The notes: a model not told the origin generated them from the sequence alone. Numbered from the stretch's first letter, positions 18,382 through 27,965 are shown. The stretch is DNA of 64,000 bases from a bacterium (GCA_028716385.1 JAQUPX010000004.1:49936-113935); one strand, 5' to 3'. A program made the numbers and translations.

Positions 18382-20450
18382 TTTATTTTGTTGTTCAGTT
18401 GATGGGGTATTTTAAGCAGACTGACTGGAGTGGGGATACTAGTCAAATTCAATGGGTAGACACTTCGTCATACTTTGATTTTAATTTGATAGATGGCAGA
18501 ACTACCAAAGGGAATTTAAAATTGTATGCACCCTCGGGAATATGGAAAACTTCAAAACAACTCTCTATCTACCAAGTAAATGCTATTCAAACAGGGAATA
18601 ATGGAATAATATATTTAGGTTGTGGTGTGGACAGTGCAAGGGTGATTAAATTAGGAAACTATGGAGATAGTATTATATTCAACAAAGTGCTTCAATATGG
18701 TGGTAATCCCGGTCAAGTATTATCAATACTGAAACTGTCAAATGAAAATCTTGTTGTTGGAACTGAGAGGGGAGATATATTTTTAGTACAAGATACTGTT
18801 GCTACGTGGAAATTCCAACCGGGTTATAAAGTTCAAACATTATGTAATGATGGCAGCTGGGTATATGCTGCGATAGAAGGTGGAAAAATACACTGGTCTG
18901 TAACTAATGGTATATCATGGTCTTCGGGGGATACAAGCAGAATCCCGGAGACGAATAGGGCATATAGTATATTTAAACCTTCAAATAGTTTTCTTTATGC
19001 ATGTACACAATCTTTAACCGGACAGGGACAGATATACAAATCAGTAAATAATGGTAGAAACTGGACTATAGTAAACACTTTTACCGGGGTTGAAGCTGTT
19101 TATTCAATGGCAGAAGATTATGAACATAACTTATATGTTAGCACAGGGTATAGCGGTAAGATTTTTACTTCTTCTGATTTTGGGACTTCATGGCAGGAAA
19201 TCCCATCGCCATGGCAGACAGCTGATTTTTATTCTATTGTATGTAACCCTATGGGAGTAGTTTATACTGCGGGGCAATGTCTGGGAATGTCAAAAGCCGT
19301 TAAAGGAATGGTGTTTAGCACTAAAAATCAAGGTGTAAGCTGGGATACGGTTTTTAAATATCCGACAGGTGCTTTGCCTACAAGAATACTTGCGATGACT
19401 CAATCAAATGAAGGGTTTATGGTTGTCGGTGGGGATACGAACGTTTGTTTTATTTCGGGATATGTAGATTCTGGATGGCTGGTCTCTTCTGTTTATGATG
19501 CTTTTGACAGTTTGCCCAGAATAAACAATAGTCTTAAATTTATAAATATTCATTATAATTGTAATCTTGGAGATAGTATAAAAGTTAAGGTTCGGGCATC
19601 TAAATATCCTGATTCTCTTGGCAATTGGGGGGAGAATGTTCCTAATGATTCCAATCCTACAAAATATGGTGGTGTTAAAAATGGGGATAGATATATTCAA
19701 TACAAAGTAAACTTAAAAACTAACAATGCTTATAAAAGCCCAAACTTGTCAGAAATTTATATAAAGTATAGTATAGACATAGAAGAGCCTATTATAGATT
19801 CTGTTTTTCTAAGCGACTCTTTTGTAAAATGGAATAGTTATGTGCTTATTTATTTTAATAAATATATTGACGGGTTCTCAGTTAATTCCTCAAATATTGA
19901 CAGTATCTTCAGGTTAAATAATAATCATTCGTGGAGAAGTGATACCGGAAGAGGTATTATAAAAGCCCCGGGCGAATGGATAACTCCTTCATTATTAAAA
20001 ATTCCTTTATCTACATTAAGAATTGGTCGCGGGGAAGGTTATTATCCGACACTTGTTCTTGGAGATACAGTATATCCGAATTCTTCCATAATTAAAGATA
20101 CTCTTGGAAATCCTTGTTTGCAACCCACAATTATTAGTATTAGCGTAAAACCGGCAATAAGCGAGAACAATGAAAAATTATATCCGGAATTATCCATAAC
20201 TCCGAATCCTTTTAACCGGTTATCAAAAATAAGTTATGGCGTGCCTTTTAAAAGTAACGTTTCCATAAAAATATATGATTGTGTTGGCAGATTGTCAGAA
20301 GTACTGGTTAATGAAGAAAAGGAAAAAGGAATATATTTTATGAAATTAGAAAATAATAATTTGACTAGAGGAATATATTTTATTAAGTTTATAATGAATG
20401 ATAAAATTATGGGTACAAAGAAAGTGATTTTAGTCTCTATAAAAAAATGA
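18372..20450 (+). CDS. BNR/Asp-box repeat beta-propeller protein with T9SS-type C-terminal sorting domain
   Basis: Asp-box-like motifs (SVTNGISWS, SVNNGRNWT, SSDFGTSWQ, STKNQGVSWD). C-terminal NPFNRLSKISY...IYD..G...GIYFIKFIMNDKIMGTKKVILV. Confidence 0.65.
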   Translation: MLIIYFVVQLMGYFKQTDWSGDTSQIQWVDTSSYFDFNLIDGRTTKGNLKLYAPSGIWKTSKQLSIYQVNAIQTGNNGIIYLGCGVDSARVIKLGNYGDSIIFNKVLQYGGNPGQVLSILKLSNENLVVGTERGDIFLVQDTVATWKFQPGYKVQTLCNDGSWVYAAIEGGKIHWSVTNGISWSSGDTSRIPETNRAYSIFKPSNSFLYACTQSLTGQGQIYKSVNNGRNWTIVNTFTGVEAVYSMAEDYEHNLYVSTGYSGKIFTSSDFGTSWQEIPSPWQTADFYSIVCNPMGVVYTAGQCLGMSKAVKGMVFSTKNQGVSWDTVFKYPTGALPTRILAMTQSNEGFMVVGGDTNVCFISGYVDSGWLVSSVYDAFDSLPRINNSLKFINIHYNCNLGDSIKVKVRASKYPDSLGNWGENVPNDSNPTKYGGVKNGDRYIQYKVNLKTNNAYKSPNLSEIYIKYSIDIEEPIIDSVFLSDSFVKWNSYVLIYFNKYIDGFSVNSSNIDSIFRLNNNHSWRSDTGRGIIKAPGEWITPSLLKIPLSTLRIGRGEGYYPTLVLGDTVYPNSSIIKDTLGNPCLQPTIISISVKPAISENNEKLYPELSITPNPFNRLSKISYGVPFKSNVSIKIYDCVGRLSEVLVNEEKEKGIYFMKLENNNLTRGIYFIKFIMNDKIMGTKKVILVSIKK

Positions 20451-20560
20451 AATGTCCATACTGTAGTTCCGAAGAGGATTATGTTGGACTTTACGACGAA
20501 GGAGCATTAGTCCAACTTATCCATTTTTTGGGGGACCCGTTTACGGGGGAAAAAAAATGA
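20447..20560 (+). other. 37-codon chimeric ORF created by the duplication (MKCPYCSSEEDYVGLYDEGALVQLIHFLGDPFTGEKK)
   Basis: Its ATG overlaps the stop of the 18372..20450 gene (ATGA). Its TGA overlaps the genuine nrdR ATG (ATGA). The first 11 codons copy nrdR. Confidence 0.5.
20476..20522 (-). repeat. Hairpin repeat element copy C (reverse orientation) inside the nrdR start duplication
   Basis: The reverse complement reads GGATAAGTTGGACTAATGCTCCTTCGTCGTAAAGTCCAACATAATCC, and its first 16 nt are identical to copy A. Confidence 0.65.
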
Positions 20561-21012
20561 AATGTCCATATTGTAGTTCCGAAGAGGACAAGGTTATTGA
20601 CTCACGAACGGGCAAAGACGGAAGCTCGGTCAGGAGACGAAGAGAATGCCTGAAATGCGGTAAAAGATATACAACGCATGAGTATATAGAGAAAATTCCT
20701 CTTACCGTAATAAAAAGAGATGGCAGGAGAGAACCTTTTGACCGTCAGAAATTGATTCAGGGCATAAGAATCGCATCCAGCAAAAGACCGGTTTCGATAG
20801 ATACACTGGAACAACTTATAGATGAAGTGATATTGGCAATTGAAGATTTAGGGAAAAAGGAAATAGAATCTAGAATTATAGGTGAAAAAGTAATGAAAAG
20901 GCTTAAAAAAATTGATGATGTAACATATATAAGGTTTGCCTCTGTGTACCGCTCTTTCAAAGACACCAGCGAATTTCTTGAAGAAGTACAACATCTGTTG
21001 AAGAATAGATAA
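20557..21012 (+). CDS. nrdR: Transcriptional repressor NrdR
   Basis: MKCPYCSSEEDKVIDSR...RRRRECLKCGKRYTTHE zinc ribbon plus ATP-cone. Confidence 0.95.
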   Translation: MKCPYCSSEEDKVIDSRTGKDGSSVRRRRECLKCGKRYTTHEYIEKIPLTVIKRDGRREPFDRQKLIQGIRIASSKRPVSIDTLEQLIDEVILAIEDLGKKEIESRIIGEKVMKRLKKIDDVTYIRFASVYRSFKDTSEFLEEVQHLLKNR

Positions 21013-21031
21013 ACTCCTAATTATTTCACGA

Positions 21032-22540
21032 TTATGTGTCCCGGGACCCCGTTGTCGGCGGCGGTTGTGATTTCCGGGAAATACGTATTTTAGAATACAA
21101 TATAAAAAACAACATAATTATGACACATAACCATGCGAACCAATCACCGAATTTAGCGTAAAACGTAAGTTTTTCGCGTAAAGAGATATCCTCTACAATT
21201 ACCCGTTGAGTAAAAATGGCGGTTCTTTGTTTTAATTCTCCCGTTGGTGTTACGAAATAGGAAATACCTGTATTGGCGCATCTTATTATGGGGATACGAT
21301 ATTCTACTGCTCTTAGTATTCCCTGTTGGGCGTGTTGATATGGGGCTACTGTTTTTCCGAACCAACAGTCATTTGTTATGTTCACAAGAAATTTTGCTCC
21401 TTCCCGCACAAACCTTCTAGATACACGTGGAAAAATTGATTCAAAGCAAATCAGGACTGAAAAAGGTGTTTTATCCGGGAGTTCAAATATTTTATATGTG
21501 TTGCCGGGAGCGTAATCACCCTGTCCAAAACCTAACTTTCTTAAACGGGGGAAAACATTATCAAAAGGTAATCTCTCGCCAAAAGGAACGAGATATTGTT
21601 TATCGTAAAATCCGGTAAGCCCTGCGGGAGTCATTAGAAAAGATGAATTGTATACGTTTTGAGGGGTAATCCTTCCGCTGCCAAACACCACAGGAACATT
21701 CAACGAAGTTACAAGTTTAGTTACTTCTGTTTCTGTATTATCCAGATTGAAATATCCCGGTACTGCCGATTCAGGCCAAACAAGTAAATCGCATTTTCCT
21801 GCCGTTTGGCTTAGTTTGTAAAACACATTCATCCGATAATAAAAATCTTCGCTTTGTCTTAATTCCGGCAGAAAATTTGGTTGGATAATGCCTACTCTTA
21901 ATTTTGCAGGATAAGAAATCGTTTTTAATGAAACAATACCCTGTAAATAGATAATTCCAAAAACAGCGAGCGATAAATATATGTATTTGATTTTACGATT
22001 GCTTATGGCGTAAAACAAAAGCGCATTTATGAGTAATATGAAAAACGTTATCCCTGGCAAGCCGGCAAATTCTGCAGATTGAATAAGTGGAAGATAAGAA
22101 ATAATCGTGTAACCTATGCTGCCCCACGGAAAACCTACGTCATTGGTTAATGAACGCAAAAATTCTATGGCTGTCCATACAATTGGAATGAGTAATACGC
22201 CTTTTTTGTGTAAGTGGCTTATGATCCATAAAGTTACTCCGAAAACCAGTCCAAAATAGATAAAAAGCAAAAAAACGCCCAGCCACAACCATGCCTTTAT
22301 TGGGGCATCAAGAAATAATATCCAGTAAAGCAATCCTGCTGCAAATACTCCGCCAGATATGAAACTATATTTAAAAGCGTTTCTGTGAGACGGAGATTCG
22401 TAAAGGCAGGCAAAGAATAAAGGTATAAAACTTACGAAAATAACAAAAGGCGCAAGATAAAATGAAAAAAGTAATAAAAAAGAAGTAAGCAAACTCAAAG
22501 CTATGCGAATTTTATTTGTAAAGAAATAACTATTTATCAT
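21032..22540 (-). CDS. lnt: Apolipoprotein N-acyltransferase
   Basis: Multi-TM N-terminus plus CN-hydrolase domain with LLVWPESAVP (Glu), KQYLVPFGE (Lys), LICFESIFP (Cys). Confidence 0.85.
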   Translation of the reverse strand: MINSYFFTNKIRIALSLLTSFLLLFSFYLAPFVIFVSFIPLFFACLYESPSHRNAFKYSFISGGVFAAGLLYWILFLDAPIKAWLWLGVFLLFIYFGLVFGVTLWIISHLHKKGVLLIPIVWTAIEFLRSLTNDVGFPWGSIGYTIISYLPLIQSAEFAGLPGITFFILLINALLFYAISNRKIKYIYLSLAVFGIIYLQGIVSLKTISYPAKLRVGIIQPNFLPELRQSEDFYYRMNVFYKLSQTAGKCDLLVWPESAVPGYFNLDNTETEVTKLVTSLNVPVVFGSGRITPQNVYNSSFLMTPAGLTGFYDKQYLVPFGERLPFDNVFPRLRKLGFGQGDYAPGNTYKIFELPDKTPFSVLICFESIFPRVSRRFVREGAKFLVNITNDCWFGKTVAPYQHAQQGILRAVEYRIPIIRCANTGISYFVTPTGELKQRTAIFTQRVIVEDISLREKLTFYAKFGDWFAWLCVIIMLFFILYSKIRISRKSQPPPTTGSRDT

Positions 22541-23141
22541 TTGTTTTTTTTGCAGATATCACCAGAACAAAACTTCCCTCTGTTTTGCTGATAATTTTTG
22601 AATTTACGTCAAATTTTGATGCCGGTAATAATTGTTTAAAGTCTTCAGGAGAATAAAGCCCTATTTTTGAACCTGTGATTTTATTTAAGAAAAATTTATG
22701 TGGAACGCTGAAAGCTGCTTTGCCGCAGGTTACTATAATACAAGTGCCTTTTTGGTTTATAATGTGTTTAATTTTTTCAACCCCTTCTTTTAGCGGGAAG
22801 AAGCAAAAGCTATAAAAAGAAACTACCAAATCGTGTTTGCCTTCATAAGTTAGGAAATCTGCCTGCTTGAACTTTGCTATTTTATTGTGCTTTTTATGAG
22901 CAAAGCCAATCATATCATTGGATTTATCTATACCCAATATTTCAGTATCAGGGTATATTTCCCTGAGTGTTTTAGTCAGGACTCCGGCTCCACAGCCAAC
23001 ATCTAATATTGTTTGTGGATGAGTATTTTTTAGTTCTGTAAGTGATTTTGTAAGTGCATTAAGGCTCTTTTTTCGCCATAGTAAAAGAGGTGGAAGTTTG
23101 AATGCTAATTCATACAAAGACGGAAAGCTATAGTAATGCAT
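22530..23141 (-). CDS. Class I SAM-dependent methyltransferase
   Basis: Motif I ILDVGCGAGVLT. About 200 aa Rossmann methyltransferase layout. 11-nt overlap with lnt. Confidence 0.7.
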   Translation of the reverse strand: MHYYSFPSLYELAFKLPPLLLWRKKSLNALTKSLTELKNTHPQTILDVGCGAGVLTKTLREIYPDTEILGIDKSNDMIGFAHKKHNKIAKFKQADFLTYEGKHDLVVSFYSFCFFPLKEGVEKIKHIINQKGTCIIVTCGKAAFSVPHKFFLNKITGSKIGLYSPEDFKQLLPASKFDVNSKIISKTEGSFVLVISAKKTNDK

Positions 23142-23192
23142 TAGTTAAATTTATATTGGAAAAAATAAAAATCAAGATAAAATAATGGTTTA

Positions 23193-23915
23193 TTAAAAAG
23201 TTTCTTTAAAGTTTACATATGTTCCTACTGTAAGTCGTACGGCAGTATTTCTTTGATTGACTTCAATAGGTTCTGTATAATATCCGGTATAGGAAAAAGC
23301 GGTTCCTTCTATGAAAGGAAAGTATTCAAATCCACATATAAATCCGATGTTTTTCATTTTATTAAAATCAAACCAAAACCCTAATACACAAGCGCTCGCT
23401 TCTTCTTTTTTCGAAATAGAATGCTCTTTATGTTCGGTATTATCATAATAAGAACTGGATAACAAAGAGTAAGTTTTGGGGATATATCCGGCCCCGATGT
23501 ATGCAGAAAAATCCGTGTTTGTAGTTATTAAATATGCGCTATAATAAGGAATTAGTTTGTCGTAAGCAAAGTACCCCCTTAAACTCAGGGCAATTGTTAT
23601 TGGGGGAGTATTAATAGGATAAAAGTCTATTATTGCGCCCGGACCCAATGATGAATAATTTGCCTCTACTGATACGATACGAGTTCCTGTTTGAAGGAAT
23701 ATAGAAAAATCTCCATCAAGACCAATAAAAGAAGGGGAATCATAAGATTCTTCTCCTTTGTCGCTCGTGCCAAAAGTAATTCCTCCTTTTAGTTTCCCTT
23801 GGGATGCTTGTGCCGTTGTTCTTGTTAAAATTGGGATTTTTACTACACTGTTCTTAATAGGATGATAACATCCTGTTAACAATACGAATAAACAGAGAGA
23901 GATTAATTTATTCAT
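23193..23915 (-). CDS. Lipoprotein / possible small outer-membrane beta-barrel, unknown function
   Basis: MNKLISLCLFVLLTGC lipobox. Gly/Tyr-rich alternating strands. C-terminal aromatic (ETF). Confidence 0.5.
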   Translation of the reverse strand: MNKLISLCLFVLLTGCYHPIKNSVVKIPILTRTTAQASQGKLKGGITFGTSDKGEESYDSPSFIGLDGDFSIFLQTGTRIVSVEANYSSLGPGAIIDFYPINTPPITIALSLRGYFAYDKLIPYYSAYLITTNTDFSAYIGAGYIPKTYSLLSSSYYDNTEHKEHSISKKEEASACVLGFWFDFNKMKNIGFICGFEYFPFIEGTAFSYTGYYTEPIEVNQRNTAVRLTVGTYVNFKETF

Positions 23916-23945
23916 CCCTATTGCCGGTTAATATGCGGGATTTTT

Positions 23946-24021
23946 TGGTCGGGGAGACAGGACTCGAACCTGCGACCCCATGGTCCCAAACCATGTGCGC
24001 TACCAACTGCGCTACTCCCCG
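23946..24021 (-). tRNA. tRNA-Pro (anticodon TGG), CCA encoded
   Basis: The reverse complement folds as a cloverleaf: acceptor CGGGGAG/CTCCCCG, D arm GCGC/GCGC, anticodon stem CATGG/CCATG with loop TTTGGGA, T arm GCAGG-TTCGAGT-CCTGT, then A-CCA. Confidence 0.9.
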
Positions 24022-24037
24022 ACTTGTTAGTTTAAAC

Positions 24038-24640
24038 TTACTTTCCTACGGGCAGATAATTTTCAAGATATTTTTTTGCTTTAACGATTGCCCTTGCACG
24101 ATGCGAGATTTTATTTTTTTCTTCAGAACTCATTTCTGCCATAGTTTTACCTATTTCCGGCACAAAGAATATCGCATCATAGCCGAACCCGGAATTTCCT
24201 TGTTCCTCTTCCGTTATATATCCGTCAACAAAGCCTTCAAAAATCTTTGTTTCTTTTTCTAATCCGGAAACTGCTATTATACACCTGAATTTCGCTGTTC
24301 TTTCTTCTAAACTTTTTCCCGCAAGTTCTTTTAATAATTTTTTTCTGTTATCTTCGTAGCTTACATCTTCACCTGCAAATCTTGATGAATAAACCCCCGG
24401 TGCTCCATTCAGCGCGTCTACTTCAAGTCCTGTATCATCTGCAATCGTTAACATCTTTTTTATTTCAAAACCAAATTCTGCTTTTTTTATTGCGTTTTCT
24501 TCTATAGTTTCCCCATCTTCTTCGGGTAACTCAATATTTCCAAGGCTTACGAATTCTACGTTCAGGGAATCTAAGATTGCCGTAATCTCTTTGAACTTAT
24601 CTTTATTGTTCGTTGCTACAAGTAGTTTCTGTTTACTCAC
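24038..24640 (-). CDS. rdgB: Non-canonical purine NTP pyrophosphatase (dITP/XTP), RdgB/HAM1 family
   Basis: LLVATNNKDKFKE, PGVYSSRFAGE, GNSGFGYDAIFFVPE, SHRARA. Confidence 0.9.
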   Translation of the reverse strand: MSKQKLLVATNNKDKFKEITAILDSLNVEFVSLGNIELPEEDGETIEENAIKKAEFGFEIKKMLTIADDTGLEVDALNGAPGVYSSRFAGEDVSYEDNRKKLLKELAGKSLEERTAKFRCIIAVSGLEKETKIFEGFVDGYITEEEQGNSGFGYDAIFFVPEIGKTMAEMSSEEKNKISHRARAIVKAKKYLENYLPVGK

Positions 24641-24644
24641 TAAA

Positions 24645-25115
24645 TTAATGGGTTATGAAGATAGTTGTGAATCCCTGGGAAATAAAAGTTTTCTTTGCTG
24701 CCCTTGCCGATTGTGGTGTAGTATAGTTTCCGGCTCCTACTTTCCAGTAAGAATTTACATTCTCCATGTAAAAAGCATCTCCATATTGTGTTTTTAAAAG
24801 GTTATATAATTTTTCTGCATTTTCTTTTATATTAAATGCTCCGAACTGTATCCTTATAGTTCCCGACTGGGATACTTTTTGTGTTTTTACAGGTTCTTCT
24901 TTTACTACCGGTACTACCGGTTGAGTTATCTCGGTTACAGTCGGAGTTTCTTCTTTTACTACTGTAACGGTTTCAACGTTTGTTTTTGTTACTGCTACCG
25001 TTTCAACTTCAGCAGGCATATCCGTAATGAAAATGGTATCCGACGCGGTTGCTGCCATTGTTAAACCTGTGAAAATAAACATTGCAGAGATTACTATTAC
25101 TGTATTTTTATACAT
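24645..25115 (-). CDS. SPOR domain-containing protein
   Basis: Signal/anchor, T/V/E-rich linker, C-terminal SPOR-like IRIQFGAFNIKENAEKLYNLLKTQYGDAFYME...WKVGAGNYTTPQSA. Confidence 0.7.
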   Translation of the reverse strand: MYKNTVIVISAMFIFTGLTMAATASDTIFITDMPAEVETVAVTKTNVETVTVVKEETPTVTEITQPVVPVVKEEPVKTQKVSQSGTIRIQFGAFNIKENAEKLYNLLKTQYGDAFYMENVNSYWKVGAGNYTTPQSARAAKKTFISQGFTTIFITH

Positions 25116-25139
25116 AAATTCCCCCTCTTTTATTACGTT

Positions 25140-25169
25140 ACACTATAAAAAAACATTCTCTTATGTCAA
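25140..25169 (-). promoter_or_regulatory. Putative promoter of the SPOR-rdgB block (TTGACA-N18-TAGTGT)
   Basis: Minus-strand hexamers followed by a leader with a GAGGGGGA SD. Confidence 0.4.
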
Positions 25170-25205
25170 GCAAAAAAGTAAATAAGTTTGGCTTTGGATT
25201 TGTTT

Positions 25206-25778
25206 TTAGCTGTTGTATCCTAATTCAAAAGCCTTGAGGTTTATGTCAATTATTTTCGGGGGGAAGTGTTCTTTTATAGTTTTAATCCAGCATTCTTTAG
25301 GAAAACTGAGCCTTTTGGCAAGTGCGCCCAGAAGGATGACATTTACTGTTTTTGAATTGCCTATTTCCCTTGCCAGTTCCAGTCCGTTTATCAAGAACAT
25401 TTCTTTTGAGTGTTTTTTTATTTCTTCGGGGATATTTTCTGGATATTTGTCTATGCCTGTAGATACGGAGAATGGCGGCAGTTCGTAATTATTTACGATA
25501 CATATTCCCGATTTTTTTAAGAACTTTATTTGCCGCAGTGTTTCCAATATTTCAAAAGAAAGTATGAAATCCGCTTCGTTTTCTCCTATGATGGGAGAAT
25601 AAATTTTTTCCCCGAACCTGACTATAGAAACGACGGCACCTCCGCGTTGAGCCATACCGTGGACTTCACTCTTTTTTGCATCAAGTCCTGCTTCAATTGC
25701 TACTTTACCAAGTAAGTCAGAGGCAAGAAGTATTCCCTGCCCGCCTACTCCGCATATAAGAACGCTTGTTTCTTTCAT
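25206..25778 (-). CDS. iorB: Indolepyruvate:ferredoxin oxidoreductase beta subunit
   Basis: VLICGVGGQGILLASDLLG...SEVHGMAQRGGAVVS. The ATG at 25778 (Met4 of the track ORF) sits 1 nt after the upstream stop. Confidence 0.85.
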   Translation of the reverse strand: MKETSVLICGVGGQGILLASDLLGKVAIEAGLDAKKSEVHGMAQRGGAVVSIVRFGEKIYSPIIGENEADFILSFEILETLRQIKFLKKSGICIVNNYELPPFSVSTGIDKYPENIPEEIKKHSKEMFLINGLELAREIGNSKTVNVILLGALAKRLSFPKECWIKTIKEHFPPKIIDINLKAFELGYNS

Positions 25779-25779
25779 A

Positions 25780-26241
25780 TTATTCAAGTTTTAAGTTTAT
25801 TACATAAAAATGAACTCCGACAAATGGTCCAAATATCAATTTTTGAGCTCCGCATAATCCTACGCCAAGTATTACTGATACAGGAAATATATCAGATACG
25901 GGATAATACTCTATTCCCCCGAAAGCTTCGCCGACTACTTTCATAGTGCTGTCATTTTTTATGCCCGCTCCTGCACCTACAAGATAATTTATCTTAAATA
26001 TAGGCGAAGTGGCATCTTCCGGTTTATAATTAGCTTCCATCCCGGCTATCTTGAAAGAAGCGCTTAAACTTGCCGACATTGTGCTTTTCATTTTAGGAAA
26101 CTCTAACGACATATTCCCGGCTGTTAGCTGGAGAGCTACTTTTGGGGTAACGTAAGTTCTGAGTGTTGCAAAACCTGTAGGATATGCGCCTATGCCAAGC
26201 GCAAGTTTGTCCACATTGATTAGTAAAAGTAAAATTAACAT
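25780..26241 (-). CDS. Hypothetical 153-aa protein inserted between iorA and iorB (beta-strand-rich, signal-like N-terminus)
   Basis: Open frame with the ATG inside the iorA stop region (ATGTTAA). Its stop lies 1 nt before the iorB ATG. MLILLLLINVDKLALG N-terminus. Gly-rich alternating pattern. No family recognised. Confidence 0.45.
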   Translation of the reverse strand: MLILLLLINVDKLALGIGAYPTGFATLRTYVTPKVALQLTAGNMSLEFPKMKSTMSASLSASFKIAGMEANYKPEDATSPIFKINYLVGAGAGIKNDSTMKVVGEAFGGIEYYPVSDIFPVSVILGVGLCGAQKLIFGPFVGVHFYVINLKLE

Positions 26242-27965
26242 TTTGGTTCCTGTGATATTGATTTCTTCACGCACACCTGTTGGCATAAACCACAACCGGT
26301 ACATAGTATATGGTCTATATAAGCTTTATTGTCTTTAAATGTTAATGCCGGGCATCCCAAATTTACACATAATTTACAGCCCGTACAGGTTTCGTTATTT
26401 ACTTTCATTGCAAATTGTGGCTTTATTCTTAAAACACAATCCCGTCTTGCGATGATAACTGAAGGCTCGGGAATGGCGACTTCTCTTTTTAGAATAGTTT
26501 TCAATTCATCTAAGTTATAAGGGTCTACTATGAAAACCCTTTTTACGCCACAACCTTTAACGAGTTCTTCAATAGAGACTTTGCGTGCAGGTTCTTCTCT
26601 TGCGGTTTTGCCCGTTCCCGGGTGTTGTTGATGCCCGGTCATTGCAGTAATAAGGTTATCAAGGATCAAAACAGTAGTGCATCCGTTATTATAGACAAGA
26701 TTTATAAGTGCAGGAACTCCCGTGTGGAAAAAAGTAGAGTCGCCGATTACCGCAACAAGTTTGGTTTTGTCTTCCGGGGTAGATGCTCTTTCAATTCCGT
26801 AAGCATTACTTATGGACGCACCCATACATACGCAGGTTTCCAGAGCGTTTAACGGCGGGAATGCGCCAAGAGTGTAACATCCGATATCTCCCATAGCGTG
26901 AAGCTTTAATTTATTTATCGTGTAGAAAGCGCCTCTGTGTGGGCATCCGGGACAAAGCACCGGAGGTCTTTCAGGGATTTTTACCGTTAATTCGGTTGGT
27001 TTCGGAGTGCTTATGTCAAAACTTTTTTTAAGCACGGCCTGAGTGAGTTCCCCGCAGATTGGAATTTTATCTTTTCCCGTTACCTGTATTCCTAATATTT
27101 TTATGTTATTTTCGAGAAACGGGTCGTTTTCTTCTATTACGTATATTTTTTTCACTTTACCTGCAAATTCTTTTATGAGTTTGATTGGCAGGGGATATGT
27201 CATTGACAATTTAAGGAATGATGCATCCGGAAATACTTCTTTAGCGTATTGATAAGAGATACCTGAAGTAATGATACCGATTGAGGTATCGTTTATTTCC
27301 ATAAGATTTTTATTAAGTTGTTCGTTATAAGCCTGAAGTTTGAGAAGCCTGTTTTCTACGATAGGATGCCAGCGTCGGGCATTAGACGGCAGGCAAAGGA
27401 ATTTCGAAACATTCGGCACATAGCCTTTTATCGGATGATTAATTTTATCTTCAAGTGTTACCGGTGTGCTTGAGTGACATATTCTTGTGGTCATCCTGAA
27501 GAGAAGAGGCGTGTCAAACTCTTCTGATATGTCAAACCCAAGTTTTATTAAGTCTTTTGCTTCCTGTGAATCCGAAGGTTCGAGCATAGGTATTTTAGCC
27601 ATAAGCGCATACCATCGGTTATCCTGTTCGTTCTGGGATGACCACATACCCGGGTCATCTGCAGTAATGACTACGAATCCACCATTTACTCCTTCGTAGC
27701 TAACGGTAAAGAGCGGGTCAGCGGCAACGTTGAGCCCGACGTGCTTCATAGCGACGAGTGTTCTTGCGCCGGCGAATGAAGCGCCTACTGCGACCTCAAA
27801 AGCAACTTTCTCGTTAGTGGCCCATTCAACGTAAATGTCTTTGTATTTTCTCAGATTTTCAAGTATTTCGGTTGAAGGTGTGCCGGGGTATGCGGTGGCG
27901 ATATTACAACCTGCTTCGTATGCACCGCGGGCGACAGCTTCGTTACCTGAAAGCAAAACTTTCAT
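26235..27965 (-). CDS. iorA: Indolepyruvate:ferredoxin oxidoreductase alpha subunit
   Basis: GNEAVARGAYEAG, TPP-binding GDSTFFHTG, two ferredoxin motifs CTGCKLCVNLGCPA and CTGCGLCQQVC. Confidence 0.9.
   Translation of the reverse strand: MKVLLSGNEAVARGAYEAGCNIATAYPGTPSTEILENLRKYKDIYVEWATNEKVAFEVAVGASFAGARTLVAMKHVGLNVAADPLFTVSYEGVNGGFVVITADDPGMWSSQNEQDNRWYALMAKIPMLEPSDSQEAKDLIKLGFDISEEFDTPLLFRMTTRICHSSTPVTLEDKINHPIKGYVPNVSKFLCLPSNARRWHPIVENRLLKLQAYNEQLNKNLMEINDTSIGIITSGISYQYAKEVFPDASFLKLSMTYPLPIKLIKEFAGKVKKIYVIEENDPFLENNIKILGIQVTGKDKIPICGELTQAVLKKSFDISTPKPTELTVKIPERPPVLCPGCPHRGAFYTINKLKLHAMGDIGCYTLGAFPPLNALETCVCMGASISNAYGIERASTPEDKTKLVAVIGDSTFFHTGVPALINLVYNNGCTTVLILDNLITAMTGHQQHPGTGKTAREEPARKVSIEELVKGCGVKRVFIVDPYNLDELKTILKREVAIPEPSVIIARRDCVLRIKPQFAMKVNNETCTGCKLCVNLGCPALTFKDNKAYIDHILCTGCGLCQQVCVKKSISQEPKC

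Larger units (their letters stand above)
20441..20588. repeat. Direct duplication (38 bp, 1 mismatch, period 110 bp) of the upstream-stop/nrdR-start junction flanking a 72-bp insert
   Basis: AAAAAAATGAAATGTCCATA(C/T)TGTAGTTCCGAAGAGGA at 20441-20478 and 20551-20588. The insert at 20479-20550 holds hairpin copy C plus a CCCG-TTTA-CGGG mini-hairpin. Confidence 0.9.

Noticed and set aside
23921-24262. 113-aa plus-strand ORF
   Set aside because: It reads straight through the complement of tRNA-Pro and the 3' part of rdgB, so it is an artefact.
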